Source: Fimbriosthenelais zetlandica
Taxonomy: Eukaryota
Direction of reading: 5' to 3'
Length of the DNA stretch: 64,000 bases
Assembly (NCBI GenBank): GCA_977030845.1
Contig: OZ365109.1
Span: 52,700,001-52,764,000, forward strand
In this document: positions 11,783 through 51,520 of the stretch, piece after piece
How positions within the stretch are numbered: position 1 is the first letter of the stretch
How the letters are laid out: each line of letters opens with the position of its first letter
Translations under genes and position numbers: made by a program
Notes under the pieces: generated by a model
Database searches by the model: none
The model's input: the letters and a program-made list of their open reading frames with translations, nothing else
What the model was told of the DNA's origin: nothing

Positions 11783-12949
11783 CTGAAATTTAAAAAATTA
11801 CCCCATAATAATTTGTTTAGTTGGTGGGTGGAATGGGGTTGGGGTAGGGGGAGTAAAAAGACAATGATTTTTTAAAAACCTAATTTAAAAACCATTCATG
11901 ATTTTTTTAACGCTTTAAGGGTTGAAAACACATATTATAAAATCATTTTTAAAACAATTATTACTTGCACTGTCTCATGTGTAACCAACGCCCATGTAAT
12001 CTCATGTAACGTTACATACATGTATTTCCATAGGCGGTTATATAAATTAAGCAGACATAATTATATCAATTGAAACATTTATAACACTGAGCTAATGTAC
12101 ATGGACAAGTGTATTGTAACAGATCCAGGCCTTATATGCCTACCTGAAGGATTATGATATAGTCCAATATTGAATAAATCCGAAGTTAAAACGTAGGGCT
12201 ATAAATCACAGCGATAGTTGCTCATAAATTAGTGAATATAAGTTAAAATAATATAGTCTATATCTCAAAAATTCAGTAATGAATTTGGAATGCATTCAAA
12301 TAGATCTAAGACTCAGATGCAGAAGTAAGCCTATAGCCCATTTGAGGGAACCAGCTCAAATTCACAATCATGCGAACATGCCTGAGAAGTATAAATGAGG
12401 CCTAGGCAGATTTGAATGTTTCAAAACACAAGTAAAACGTCAGAAAGCCTATTTCACAATTGTGTGTATAGATCTTCTATAATTTTCATAATGATAGGCC
12501 TAGGTAAGTTTTACGATATTTCTTACTGCTATTTGTTAGAATTACCAGGCGGATAAAAACCTACCCGGTTTAAAAAGCAACTGCTCCCAAACGCCATTAT
12601 GTTGTGATCGGAGAAATCGAGTGGCCACGAGAGAAAATATTTGGCTTGGTTCCCAACATTTGTATAACGTCACTTAATTCATGCATGTGTGCTACGGACT
12701 ACCGGCGGATCTAGGGCTGGGCCACGTGATTGGATGGGTAGGGACGATTAGTAATTGAACTTCAAAAGATCTAAAACTTAAAAGGGCCGATTCCTGACAC
12801 ACTGGACAGAGATGATAATTTTGTCACAGGGCTGTACCCCCGACACCCTCCCTTTTTCAAAATCCTGAACCAGGCCTATAGGCCAGATTAACAGAGATAA
12901 CATAACTGGCCCCTGTAGGCCTATATATTATAACGTTCTGGTAGTCTTG

Positions 12950-13209
12950 GCCTGCTTAGGGAGGATGTTCAGCCACAACTCGCCTACCACGGAGGATGTT
13001 CAGTCAGAACTCGCCTGCCTAGGGAGGATGTTCAGTCAGAACTCGCCTGCCTAGGGAGGATGTTCATTCAGAACTCGCCTGCTTAGGGAGGATGTTCAGT
13101 CAGAACTCGCCTGCCTAGGGAGGATGTTCAGTCAGAACTCGCCTGCCTAGGGAGGATGTTCAGCCACAACTCGCCTGCTTAGGGCGGATGTTCAGTCAGA
13201 ACTCGCCTG
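12950..13209. repeat. 32-bp minisatellite, about 8 copies
   Basis: Head-to-tail unit gcctgcctagggaggatgttcagtcagaactc, with minor variants (gccaca for gtcaga). Confidence 0.95.
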
Positions 13210-13661
13210 TCGACATGCATAGGCCCTACCACATTTTCTAATTAATTGGTCCAGCCAAATTTATCAACATGAAACATTATCAAAAAATGACAGTATTGTC
13301 TGACATTTTATTGCAACCACATAGATTCAAACTACCGTGAAATGTAGCACAAGGTAAAAATTATGCACAAAAATCCCGTCGGCATGAATCCCTAAATATG
13401 CCTAATGTAAGTTTAGGCTATGCACCGTCTAAAGATTAAGACACGTACGCGAATAATTCGTGTGAATCAGTTCAAACAAGCATTCAGCGGTGGGTAGCCA
13501 ACTTGGAACAATCATGGAACGCATGACTGATCAAAGATGTTGGTACCTAGATTGTCTACATGCCTACCAAAGGCTAAAGACTATCTTCGTCTTAAATATG
13601 CATGATTATATTTTGTACGAAGTATAACGCAGGCCACAACTTTGTCTTTGGGTAGGCATAT

Positions 13662-15118
13662 ATGGGAACTACCAAAATGTGCTGTACTAGGAAACAGGTA
13701 AAGTTAAGAAAAATATTTTTTATATGTAGGCCTAAATCTTTTATTTGGTGAATGTATTGTTTCTACTATAGGTTACTCCTGGTAGGACTGTATTCGTGCT
13801 ATCTGTGACAATATTAGTCCTTCTGGGGTGGACGCTTTCCTATTATCTCACGACTTTAGACACCGCCACTCATTATAAGCCTACAAATACACCGATGCCG
13901 TGCCAGCCTCCCAGGAAAATATATTTCCTCAAAATTCACAAAACAGGCTCGACCTCATATTTTAACATTTTTAACCGGTACGCCATCAGAAATAACTTAC
14001 GAATGGCCACATATGCAGCGAGACCGTACGAACGACATAATCCACGACGCATAGATGGAACCATCATTCCCAAATACCAAGTCGGGATATCCTTACCATA
14101 TGACGTCATATCTGATCATTCAGTGTATAATCGCAAGGAGATAATCAATGTTTTAGGACCAAACTTCACCTGTGTGACCATTTTGAGGAATCCTATATCA
14201 CATCTCCGATCATTTATTCTTTATTATGGATATGGGCCTATATCTGGGCGTAATAAATTTATATCTGATAAATCTATTGATACCCTGAAAAAATATGTCC
14301 AAGACAATGGAGACCTGAAATCTTTCATGAAAGCAATCTCCAATCTTACCGCGAAGGCCTTCGGATATACCAATTTGACAAGAGAAAGGATTCATTTATA
14401 TACTCAGGATATCGAAGACACTTTTTTCGTCGGCATTGCCGACTATTTCCCCGAGTCTCTGATCATGTTACGTCGTCGTCTGTGCTTGGAATGGCAGGAT
14501 ATTTTATCTTTCCATCTGAGGGCCTCAAGACGGAGTTCAGAAAAAACAAGCGTACCTGAGACTCGGATGACAGACTGGGTCTGCCAGATATTACCAATAG
14601 ATTGCCATTTATACATAAACTTCAATAAAACACTTTGGAAATATATCTTAGCTGGGGGTCAAAACTTCACAAATGAAGTCCGGGAATATAAGGTATTGCT
14701 TCAGAATGCTGTCACATATTGTGATACTATCCTCCAAAAACTTTTTTCGGCAAGGACTGTTGAACAGAAGAATTCTGTGTGGAAAATGAAACCTCTTTAT
14801 GTACGTCCTTCGGAATACAACAGTGGATTTCTCATTGAACCAAAAACATGCGCACTTATGAATATGGAGGAACGCGCATTTGCAAATTATTTTTACTTCA
14901 AACAAAACTGGTCCATGTGCCAGGTATTCAGGAGGAAGACAATGCGGTGTCCATCGTATGACTCCAATGTTTCACATATGAACTGCAGCAGAATATGCAG
15001 TCTCTCTAAGACACCAGATGAACTTTTACTCAATACACTGAATGAACCCAGTATCTATTTCAAAATGAAAAAAAAAAATATTAAGAAAAATATAAAAACA
15101 TACACAAAAATTGGCTGA
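13662..15118 (+). CDS. Galactose-3-O-sulfotransferase (Gal3ST) family type II membrane sulfotransferase
   Basis: Exons 13662-13697 and 13772-15118 join in phase (MGTTKMCCTRKQ|VTPGRTVFVLSVTILVLLGW, giving an N-terminal TM segment). The 5'-PSB motif FLKIHKTGSTS and 3'-PB motif TILRNPISHLRSFILYY are present. Confidence 0.85.
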
Positions 15119-17209
15119 AAAAGGTTATTCCTCAGAGTGCCACTCTTCCTAAATAGGTTTTTAATAGGTTTTGAAATAAAAACATTTAAGTATACAAGAG
15201 ACCTATATTAAATACCTTATATATTAGAACTTCAGTCGGTGAAGCATTATCGCTGCCATCTGTAATGTCCTCTTCCTGTACCGATGGTAAATGAAATGAC
15301 TCCATTTTCTTAGATCCGTACAATATAATTGCTTGTCCGTCAAAATGCGTGGAAACTACAATGATGAAAGGATCTCTCAAAGTAAGTCATGTATGAGGTG
15401 GGTTATTGCAGGTAATCAAACAGAATTACATAAGCATTTGGTAAACTGTTATAGGCACCTGGTACATAAATTGTAAAAAGATTTAAGCAGATTTTACACA
15501 TATATAAACTCTACACATGAACATACATCCACCAACCAACCTGCTCATATAATTCTAAAAATAAATGAACGCTACATACCTTTGTTGTTCTTGTAGACTA
15601 TTCATTAAATAGTCTTCCAATATACATGCAACAGGTTCCAGTCAGAACTTCCCTTAGGCACAGCTAATAACATAATATTATAATATAAGGAAGAAAAGGG
15701 CAATTGGTTTTGATGGACAGATGCCAAGTCTGGTGCATGGTAGAGCTATACATGTAGTCAATTTAATGCTGGCGCCGTTTCTCAATCACTGTGTTCATAG
15801 AACCTAGAACATATTATATTACAGATATAGACTATGGAAAATTATATTTCTTTCATTTAGGCTAGTTATTTGTTTGTTTCTGCCTACTTTAATTTATTTC
15901 TTATTAAGGTAGCCTACCTTTCCGGACATAATAGGACTTCAATTATTTTCAGTATATTCCAGCAGGCCATAAATGTATCCTAGCTTTTTATAATACATTA
16001 ACAATTTATTAACTTGTGTTAAGGCCGATTTAGTGTCGAGCGGTGGACCTGACCGCTGTGGTGAAATTGAGATCTCAGCCATGACATACAGTCGTTATAA
16101 TCCTATCAGAAAACCTTTGTAGTTCCTAATACTAGATTATTACAGCTGTTAAGCTCTTATCCATATAATGTTCATCATTATGATTGGCCTGAAAATGAGA
16201 GGCTAAGATCTAGGGAATCATATTTGCTCGAGGCCTTAAAAAATATATATCAACTACTCGGTTTACAAATACCTGACCTGGTAAAATCGTGCATGTAACT
16301 CAACACTATTTTCATGTATATTATTCCTTGTTTCCTAATTACGCATGCTATATCGGCAACTGAATGGATTAGTAGAATCTATGTATTTTGTACCTTTAAA
16401 AAAGTAAATAGAAAGGGATCATCATGTTATATACATACAATGTAAACTATTTTTTATTCCTTTGTTGACCTAGAAAGTAATTTAACATAAAATTTTAATA
16501 AACAGCCGGATAAATGCTTTTGAGAATTGTTTGTACTTGACGTTATGTGAATTATAGTATAGACGATATGTGTATATAGTATATATTGAATGTGGTCAGG
16601 AAGCGGCCGGAAGACCAGAGCTCAGTCTCTGAGGCCGTTTTTGTACTTATAGTGTACACCTCCTGAATAAATATAGATTATTAAAAATTATCTCTGAAGA
16701 TTCCATATATAACCCACTCATCAAGCAGGAAGAGATTAATTCACTGTAGTCCGCAGTTGCATGGCTTATTAACCAAGGCACAAGTAAAGGCATGCAGAAC
16801 CACTCAGATCTTGAAGCATAAGATGGATTAATAAAGTTCCTTACAATCCGATTATTTTTCTGCCATGAGCCGTCAGCCTTCGTAAACTGGTTTCTAAAAA
16901 TTACTTAACTAGTCAAATTTTAAACATACGTCATAGTAATTAGCTTAACTGTTGTCAAGAGTCTGAATACAGGAGTTTATTGTATAAATTTATTGGCCCA
17001 GCAACAGATATTAACAAATCCACAAAGGAGGAAATAAATGATAGGTTATAATTATAGTTCTCTCAGTGTCTCCACAAAATTAAAAGTGAGGGACCAAATA
17101 AAAGAAATAAATTCAATAGTCTTTACCTTCATTCAATTTTCTTTTGCTCCGTTGAAAAATAATTTGTATACATACATTTGGCAGTGATAAGAAGATTGAA
17201 CTTTTCCCA

Positions 17210-43283
<26,074 letters not shown>

Positions 43284-43978
43284 CCTTTCTGGTGAGACCT
43301 ATTATTGTTAATGGAGAAGAAACTTTTCATTAGATTGGTTTACGGACTGCTCAGCGGAGGGGACAGCAATGCTATTGTGCAAACTATCATAAGTAACTAT
43401 GTTTAGGCTTATGAGAATGACATAAGCTATGTCAGGCTCTGCCACTGGCTCTGACAATGCCGATAATGGCAGTGTAAGATTAGAAAACCCATACAGTGAA
43501 TCAAGAACATGGTACAAGAACACTGAACAGCCTTCAAATATTAAATTTAAACCACACTCCTTGAGTCCATCGCTCACGACACCAGTCCTGTTTAACCACT
43601 TTTACTTTTAGCCGATGGGCGTTACCCGGTTGCAGAATGGTCTAGTCCATAGCATTAAGATAGTTTAGTTCATTAAAGCTCACAAATAAGACTACATGAT
43701 GACATTCTGGGAAACGTGTTTACACATAATATCCAGCATCTTCTGCTGTACTGGTACTATTTGTGACATGTGCAACTGTTTATGTTGACATTTTTAGTGA
43801 GGCTACTCCTCAGTCTCAGAGAGACCTTTTCAGCGGCAACAAGCCTAATTACACTAAATTTTGAACATTTATGTGGTCCAAATGGACAATTATAATGCAA
43901 AGTACGCAAGGCAGCTTCACACTAAGAGATAAATCATGACAATATAAAAGAAATAGGAAAAATATTCTCACGACTAAC

Positions 43979-44088
43979 CTCTGCCTCTTGACTTGAAGCT
44001 GGCGCCCAGGCCCGAGATGTACTTCCGGTCCTACCCAGAATTCAACTTCCTTTCTAGATTGACTCGGCTGGGGAACCCATCTTAGCAG
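43979..44088. promoter_or_regulatory. Compact bidirectional promoter and first non-coding exons of BLM (-) and RPL36 (+)
   Basis: ETS-type acttccggt at 44021-44029 and a pyrimidine TCT/5'TOP-like start cttcctttct at 44046-44055. A plus-strand donor gcag|gtaaga lies at 44088/44089 and a minus-strand donor gag|gttagt at about 43978. Confidence 0.65.
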
Positions 44089-44610
44089 GTAAGATACACA
44101 AATATAATCGTCAAATATCTCTAATATATTAGACCATCGACACAATATAGGACCTGTATGTATTAGAGAAATACCTTTGGTTTAATATATCATTGGTGGC
44201 ATTACGATATTGTGAGTAGAATTCTGTTAATTTAGTTTTAAACTTAGCCCGACATGCGTTTGTTTTCACTCTCCTCCATTGCCCCTATTATCGCTCGGGA
44301 AAACACATCCTACTAAAACTCGTAAAAGTGCTTTATTCAAAGAAGTAACGTGGTTTAAGAATTTTTATTAACCACCTATTAAAGTTCAGAGTTGGGTATT
44401 TTGTGGATCTTTAGTTTATTTAAATTATTATTGCGATTTTGGAATCAATTCTGCTCGTACCGATGGCCTGACAGTGACACCACTGACCACTCAGTACACT
44501 GGCACTACACGTTACGTCGTTAGTGACAGTCTGTGCGTATTATCTATGACTATTGGATCTGCCATAATATTTCTGTTTGATGATTTATTTCACTATCATT
44601 TGCAGACACG

Positions 44611-45554
44611 ATGGCGGTTTACAACATGTGTGTTGGTCTCAACAAAGGCCATAAAACAACCAAGAACACCATTAAACCTCGTCCCAGCAGGAGGAAGGGT
44701 GTAAGTACCGGGTACCTTTTCTTCTATATTTCAATTCATTAAAAGAAAATGTGTAGCCACTGACAGTTTAGCATTTAAAATAGATTCCTTTTCATGCAAC
44801 TGATCTTTTCATAGACATTGATACATGAATGTATCTCTCGTTCCATTCATTGGACGCAATATGGCATTTATATACAAGTACCGTATACAATAATAGTCCT
44901 ATGGAAGTTGTGTGAAATAATTGCCAATTATTGTATTTTATTCCGCTAAATAAACCCAGCCGATTTCTGACCAACCCTTAAAAGAACTTACCATTTCATG
45001 AGTGAATAGATCGCGTGCTCCTGATCTAGTACCGTGATTAATTAAATTGAATCTTCCTCGTTTTAGGCTTTGAGCAAGAGGACCAAGTTCATCCGCGACA
45101 TCTGCCGTGAGGTGACTGGTTTTGCTCCTTACGAGAGGAGAGCTATGGAGTTGCTCCGTGTGTCCAAGGACAAACGTGCACTAAAATTCTGCAAAAAGAG
45201 GGTAAGTGTTACCAAGGTCCATTTTGATCGCAATTAGCCTGCAGATGTATATGCAGGAGCTACCAAATCTTTCCTGTGTTTTAATTAAATATCTTGTAAT
45301 AAATGTTAGTCACAGTTTTTCAGTATTAATTTTTTTTAGATAGTAGGGGTTTAAATTGTTCTGAATTTGAAAATTGTAATCTAATGCCATTTTTCAAGCA
45401 TGATCAACTTGTATGACATTTGCTATAATCATACATTATCTTTCCCTTTCAGCTTGGTGCCCATGTCCGTGGAAAGAGGAAGAGGGAAGAACTCCAGGGA
45501 GTTATCCAACAAATGAGAAAGGCTGCTGCCCAGCGTGCCGAACCCAAGGCATAG
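44611..45554 (+). CDS. RPL36: 60S ribosomal protein L36 (eL36), 108 aa
   Basis: Exons 44611-44700, 45067-45201 and 45453-45554 give [19 protein letters not shown]...[52 protein letters not shown]. An AATAAA signal follows at about 45588. Confidence 0.97.
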
Positions 45555-46962
45555 ATTATTCCCAGCTTGTGTATATGTTGTAGACCAAAATAAAAAAAAG
45601 AAAAGGAAGCTCACGTCATGTTTTCAGTATTACCAATTCTAACGTTAGAAATATTTGCGATCATTTGAAAATCATAATCCTTTTCTTTATTGAAGACAAA
45701 AGTTAGTAAGAGCCTTTTCAATAACTCGAGAAATATGATTTAGTATAAAGTGCAATTCGGGTAATTTTTAAGATACCCTTTACTGAAATTCTGAAGTACA
45801 ATAAGGTATCATTTAACCCCACTGCCAGTTAATATTATGACTTTTTGAGATGAGACTAGTATTCGTCTTCATTTGGGGTGCTTAGTTCAATGTGTTTTTA
45901 CCGCTTTAAACTGCTTGATACACAAAACAAAAAGAAAGTTAAATGAATAACTTCGATGTCGTTTATTCTGATTTCAAAACAGGAATACTGTATAACGAAG
46001 TAAAATGTTCCAAGACAAAATGAAGTACCGGTAGATGAAATTACATGTAGGTATAAAACATTTAGTTTTAAAAAAATGACGAGAAATGTGGAGGAAAACA
46101 ACTTTGCATGTATAGATAGAGTGGCAGTAGGAAGCATAAATACATTGTAGTAATATTTAAGCCCCTTTTAAAAGTAAAAGTTCGAATTTTACACAAAATT
46201 AAAGAATTACATCGTTCAAAATGGAGCTATATGGAGTTCCAATTAGGAATTAATCCTCATTTTAGATATCAAAAGTTCCACATAATAGGGCCTTTTAAAT
46301 CAATGTGTTAAAACAAATTCAAAGAAATTAAGAATAAAGGGGGTACCAGATACATTCTCCGCTAAATGAAGATAAATGAAATGACATCAAGAGAATTATG
46401 CTAGATTATAGTAGATACAAGGGAACTTCAGAATGAAAGAATTCATTTCAGCTTCCTGTCATAGAATATTTTTACAGTTGAAACTAGACTTACACATTAT
46501 CATATAAAGTAAAGAAAACGAAAACAGAAATTTGAATCACAATTCTGCTACATATACAATGTAATGTATACATGCTCTCGAATAAACTTAACAAAGATTA
46601 TCATAATAATTATTGTTTTCAAACACTACGGTATTCTGCAGTCTGTACACATTATAAATTATTAATTGGGAACCAACATGATTAATCACATACCGCAGCA
46701 GTATTTTATACCCGTCATAACGGTATATGTTCTCTAAACGAGCAATTATAATCAGGTTATATTCCTAATGCTAGTTTGGCCTTGATACCAATATACCTAC
46801 ATATAATATCTTTTAGTAATGTTAGTAGTCGAATATTTAGATTAAGGTTATTAAATCACAGAAAGTGCTGGCTATCATACCAGTGATAAAGTTGACAAAC
46901 ATTAGCTAATACACTCGGATAGACATTAGTCTGAGAACCTTTGTAATTTTTAATTCATCATT

Positions 46963-48867
46963 TTAATGCAGGGACACAAAGTCTTCTAAAGTTGAAGGTA
47001 TATGGCCTTTGTAAGTCAGCCCCTGGTTCTTCACAGCTCTAGCAGCTATACATTTGAGGGAGATTTTTCTCTGGGTCCTCAGGATGATTTCTGCTACACC
47101 AGTAGCAGAAACATCAAGTGGTGTCTCCTTGTTGTCGTTACAAACATCCATGTGACATCCATATTCAATGAGAAGCATGATAGTGCTGTGAAGAGTCAGG
47201 AAGTCACTGATGGGCTTGGTGTATTTGACAATATTATGGAGTGGGGTATTGCCTTTATTGTCCACGGCGTTCACATCGGCACCACACTCTACCAGCAACC
47301 TGGCTGCTGGTCCATTGGGAAACCCAACCACATCCACGACATGGAAGTCATCCACATACGTGCTCTCGTCTAAAACGAGATGTAACGGAGAAGACCCAGT
47401 CTTCTTCACAGTCAGGTTCAACCGGTTAAAACGGTAGACCAATCTACACAATTCAAACTCATCATCTTTGGAACACTTCACTCTTGAGAGTATGACCAGG
47501 ATATAGAGGGCTGTGAACATGTCACTTTCTAGAACTTCATTCAGCGCTGGTTTGTCTTCAGAACTTGCTTCATCCCATTTTTTCTTATCACGTTCGAGTT
47601 CAAGAAGGTTGTGCTCGAATACTTTCATTGGCATCTTTGCGTCGAGAACAACACCTATGTGCAACATTTGTGAAAAGACTTGAGCAAAGCGCAGCAAGTC
47701 TTTTGCAATCAATCGACCATTTCTCTGTCGAAGCACTAAAGCCCTCATCCACAAGGCAGTACATCGATCAAACCTCGCAGTGTCAGCAAAAACCGCACCT
47801 CTAAATATGATAGGATGTGGAATCTCAGCATTGCTTTCCCCCAGTATCCTCTCTCGAATAATTAAAGCTTCCATATGTATAGCATCAGGATCGTCCTTGA
47901 TTTCTTCCAACTCAATAACTGTCTGGGCTTCACTACGATTTTCATAAGCTTCAATACGTGGCAAGACATTCTTCACTAATATTCCCCCCTTCTCATCCTC
48001 CTGGTGTCGCTTTACCATGGCAATCCACATGTAATAATAAGCTTTGTCTAAATCATAGTTGTCTCTGTCATTAGCAAATGAAGCACCGAGGAGTTCAAGA
48101 GCTTCAATTCCTTGGAGTCTGGAAACTGAAGACATTGAACAAAAATACTCTACAATAGCAGCATGACCACTCTCAGCTGCAATGTGCAATGGTGACATCC
48201 CTTGATCATTTAATAACATGGCAGCCCCATAATCAGCTAGGTCTTTAGTAATGAATAAATGCCCTCTCTCCGATGAAAAATGGAGGGCTGTTGCCCCACA
48301 ATTGGCCTTGGCATTGGGATCTGCTCCCTTTTCGAGCAAATACAACACGACATATCTGTGACCTCGATAGCAGGATATCATCAAGCAAGTATTATTATAC
48401 TTATTTGAAATGTGTAGATCTGCCTTGTGGTCTATTAAGTATTTCACTATATCGAGCCTGCCATCAAAACAAGCTGCTCTGAGGGGCGTGGAGTTGGAGA
48501 AGGTGGTATGGTTCACGTCAGCTCCAAAACTGATTAAAGTTTCCACAACTTGGAGATGACCTGCTGCTGCAGCGCACCACAATGCTGTAGCCCCTTCAAT
48601 GATGTATCCATCAAACTTTACAGTTCCAACCTGCTCTATATCGATGACGAAATGGTTGAGAAGGATTCTCACGGCCTTTTCATGCCCATTGCGATTAGCG
48701 ATAATGAAAGGTGTGGTTTTCTGCGAGTCTTCTTCAGTCTGGGCTTGAAGAACTTCATTGACTTCAGAGGGTGTGAGCTTCCATAAAAGGGCATACAAAC
48801 TGAGTGCTTTCCCATCTCTAGCAGCTATAAAGACACTCTTCTTCAGCTCCGTGATCTTACTTTCCAT
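46963..48867 (-). CDS. FEM1B: Protein fem-1 homolog B (ankyrin-repeat CRL2 substrate receptor), single coding exon, 634 aa
   Basis: Uninterrupted ORF from MESKITEL with ankyrin repeats (GTVKFDGYIIEGATALWCAAAAGHL, STPLRAACFDGRLDIVKYL, NKYNNTCLMI, AKANCGATALHF), a TPR-like segment and C-terminal SLKCIAARAV (BC/VHL-box-like). Confidence 0.93.
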   Translation of the reverse strand: MESKITELKKSVFIAARDGKALSLYALLWKLTPSEVNEVLQAQTEEDSQKTTPFIIANRNGHEKAVRILLNHFVIDIEQVGTVKFDGYIIEGATALWCAAAAGHLQVVETLISFGADVNHTTFSNSTPLRAACFDGRLDIVKYLIDHKADLHISNKYNNTCLMISCYRGHRYVVLYLLEKGADPNAKANCGATALHFSSERGHLFITKDLADYGAAMLLNDQGMSPLHIAAESGHAAIVEYFCSMSSVSRLQGIEALELLGASFANDRDNYDLDKAYYYMWIAMVKRHQEDEKGGILVKNVLPRIEAYENRSEAQTVIELEEIKDDPDAIHMEALIIRERILGESNAEIPHPIIFRGAVFADTARFDRCTALWMRALVLRQRNGRLIAKDLLRFAQVFSQMLHIGVVLDAKMPMKVFEHNLLELERDKKKWDEASSEDKPALNEVLESDMFTALYILVILSRVKCSKDDEFELCRLVYRFNRLNLTVKKTGSSPLHLVLDESTYVDDFHVVDVVGFPNGPAARLLVECGADVNAVDNKGNTPLHNIVKYTKPISDFLTLHSTIMLLIEYGCHMDVCNDNKETPLDVSATGVAEIILRTQRKISLKCIAARAVKNQGLTYKGHIPSTLEDFVSLH

Positions 48868-49209
48868 TATTGGACATCCACATGGATGAAATGTGAGTAT
48901 AACGATCAAACTTTTCGGGAAAACCCGTCAAAAAGGTTAGGTTTAAAATACCTTCCGCCTACCACTAATCGGGGATATCCCTTCGGGCCTGCGCAGATGA
49001 AAACGAGGCTCGGGAATTCCCTCTACCGGAAGTTCCCTATTAATTTCAGTTCCTTTCCCCAAGCAAAGGGGGCAGTAGTTTACAGTGGAGTCCTGTCCCT
49101 GGGACAGACTAAAAGCCACTGATATGGTTTATTCACAAAACTGTACCGGGGTACCCATAGCCTAGGCCTAATATAATACCGTACTAATTTTTAGTGAAAT
49201 TTATATAAA

Positions 49210-51337
49210 CTAGCCACCACGATTACTAGTAATCATTAATAATCCCATTTCCCCTGTCAGAATAAGCTTTAAAAATACACTAAGCCATTATAATATCATC
49301 ATGACATATCCAGGAGAGTTTTACAAGGCAGCCTCACACCTCAATGATTAACCTCGTTAAATCAGGCAGCGTTTAACTTTAGAGATCAATTATTTAGTTG
49401 CATTACCAAGAATTCTGATGATTCATATAGAACATAATTATAGAATTAATTTATAGGAATAGACTGAAGGCAATTATCTATCTCCTGTCCAGGTCGCCAA
49501 TTACAACCAGCCTAAAACTTGTGTACACAACAAAGACCCTCTTTGAGAGAAAAATGTGTATTGAGAGGCAGACTGAAAGTTATAGATGAGTACAAAAAAA
49601 ACATACTTAAAACCTTAATATTTACATAAAAACTTAATATATAAGTCATCGTTTCTTAATGCCTGTTACTCTATAGTAAAATACACTTTGAAATTAAATA
49701 GTTCAAAAATTCACATTTTGACATAATTCCTCATGCAAGGACTAAGTGCTTTCCAAACATAGACAAAGTAAAATCTTTAGTTCTAGGCCCATAGACACAC
49801 CTAAATCCATCTTTTTGTAATTCCTATTCCACTATGTGTAAAGTGAACATTTTCAAACTTCTGTCTAGACTCTTGTCTCTAAGCAAAGTACTGGTACTTA
49901 ACTGCTATAACAACACAGCCTCCTAGCCCTCTATTCTAATCCTCCAGTCTTGCACCCACCCACCATTCTGACCTGCTGCCATGGCAACAACAGAGTTTCC
50001 TCCTAGACTTGACCACAACACCTCTAAGTCACACCAGTCAGGGTCTCCCCCTAGACTTGACCACAAACCCCTTGGCTATATATAATTCTTTTGGATAATC
50101 ACTTATTGTGTCAAAGTAATCAATTTCAGGCTAATGTTTTTAAATATGAGAGAACAAAACTAAACTCTTGATAGGTATTACAAATTGTAGATTTAGATAT
50201 TCTCTATCTTATACTTAATTTAATTCTCTCAGTGCCATGAGGCATATAAGTTTCACTGTTACATGTGGACTCAAATGCTTCAATTACCAGAGATGTGTCA
50301 TTGCTTTCATTAAAAAGAAGCTGAACATTTCATTGTGCAATCAATCTTCTCATAAAATAGATGCCATTGTTATGATTGACCAGCAGAGTTATTCTCTGAA
50401 CAGTTCTAATAAAAAATAGGCTTAAAGAAAGAAAGACTTAGGCAAGTCTCTCTTCACTAATCCAAGTGACCACGAGAGTGGAGGGTTGGGGGGTGGGGGG
50501 GGGGGGGGGGGGGTGCTGCAGGTGCTACCTTGACCTTGTCTTAAATTTTTGTGTATTCAAAAGCATAATTAGAAAGAATTACTGTACTGCATAATGCAAT
50601 ACATGTATGCAAAGGTCTATTTATGTGCATCATTTTTTGTAATTCATACTAAGCTCTATCTTTAAAAATAAACTTGCCAGAGTGAAAAAAGCATGAAAAT
50701 ATTGACCAAAATGGAAAATATTAAAAAATTTGTAACAAATCAACTTACAAGTGGAATACATTATGCAATATAGGTATCAACAGGTCTTTTTATGTACTTT
50801 AATTCATCTAATTCATTTTAAGCTTTGTCTTTAAAAATAAACTTGCTGGATTAAATAAACTGAAAATATTGGGTTAATTAGATTTTACATCAATGTGACG
50901 TCATTTACGTCACATGGGTCTTCACCAAAAACTATTTTTCAGATACGCCCCACCCAAAGGATTCTTATTAACCAAGTGTAATCAATTTCTAACATTTTTT
51001 AATTGGGAAGAAATGGCATTTGAGAGATTTCATACCCCTGACCTAATTACACATAACTAATTAGGTCAAAGGTCAAATATGTAGGTCAACTTATAGTCCA
51101 TCATGTATCTTTACACTACATACCATTCATCTTATTCTAGATCCGCATGGGTCCAAAAAAATTACAATCAAATTTTACCAATTTGGCTGGTTTGGTGACG
51201 TCATATGACGTCATGTGATGACGTATGACATCCATTCATCACATTTGACCACTCCTTACTATGGTCTACAATATGTGTGAAAACCAGATTCCTACCTCTA
51301 ATATAAACCCGTTTTTCATCAAAAGTCTAACTACAAC

Positions 51338-51383
<46 letters not shown>

Positions 51384-51450
51384 ATAGTGTAGAACAACGA
51401 GCACAAAATCTAAAACCCCATTTTCCCCATAAAGGGGAAATGGGATTAAT
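49210..51450 (-). mobile_element. HINE/DINE-1-like element, copy B (inverted relative to copy A)
   Basis: Colinear reverse complement of 33801-36025 over the whole length, with only scattered substitutions and a longer poly-A/T tract. Homology stops at CTAG|T and at attaatccc. Confidence 0.85.
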
Positions 51451-51520
51451 TTACAACCTCAAGCATCAAGGCCGCCATGTTGAATTAAGACAGGATCATA
51501 TAGCCTAGGCCTACCGGTAC

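Noticed and set aside
12950-13209. 32-bp and 45-bp (37586-37830) arrays as CRISPR-like
   Set aside because: Units are head-to-tail with no unique spacers, there are no cas genes, and the context is eukaryotic.
15796-15836. catagaac...gactatg as another micro-element
   Set aside because: The flanks (ctgtgtt / gaaaatt) show no target duplication.
44090-45452. Intronic snoRNAs in RPL36
   Set aside because: I looked for C/D and H/ACA box pairs with terminal stems and found none convincing by eye. A snoscan, snoReport or Infernal run would be needed.
47002-47804. Plus-strand ORFs over FEM1B, and likewise 39928-40392 over BLM and 55432-55707 over the collagen exon
   Set aside because: Antisense shadows of real coding exons.
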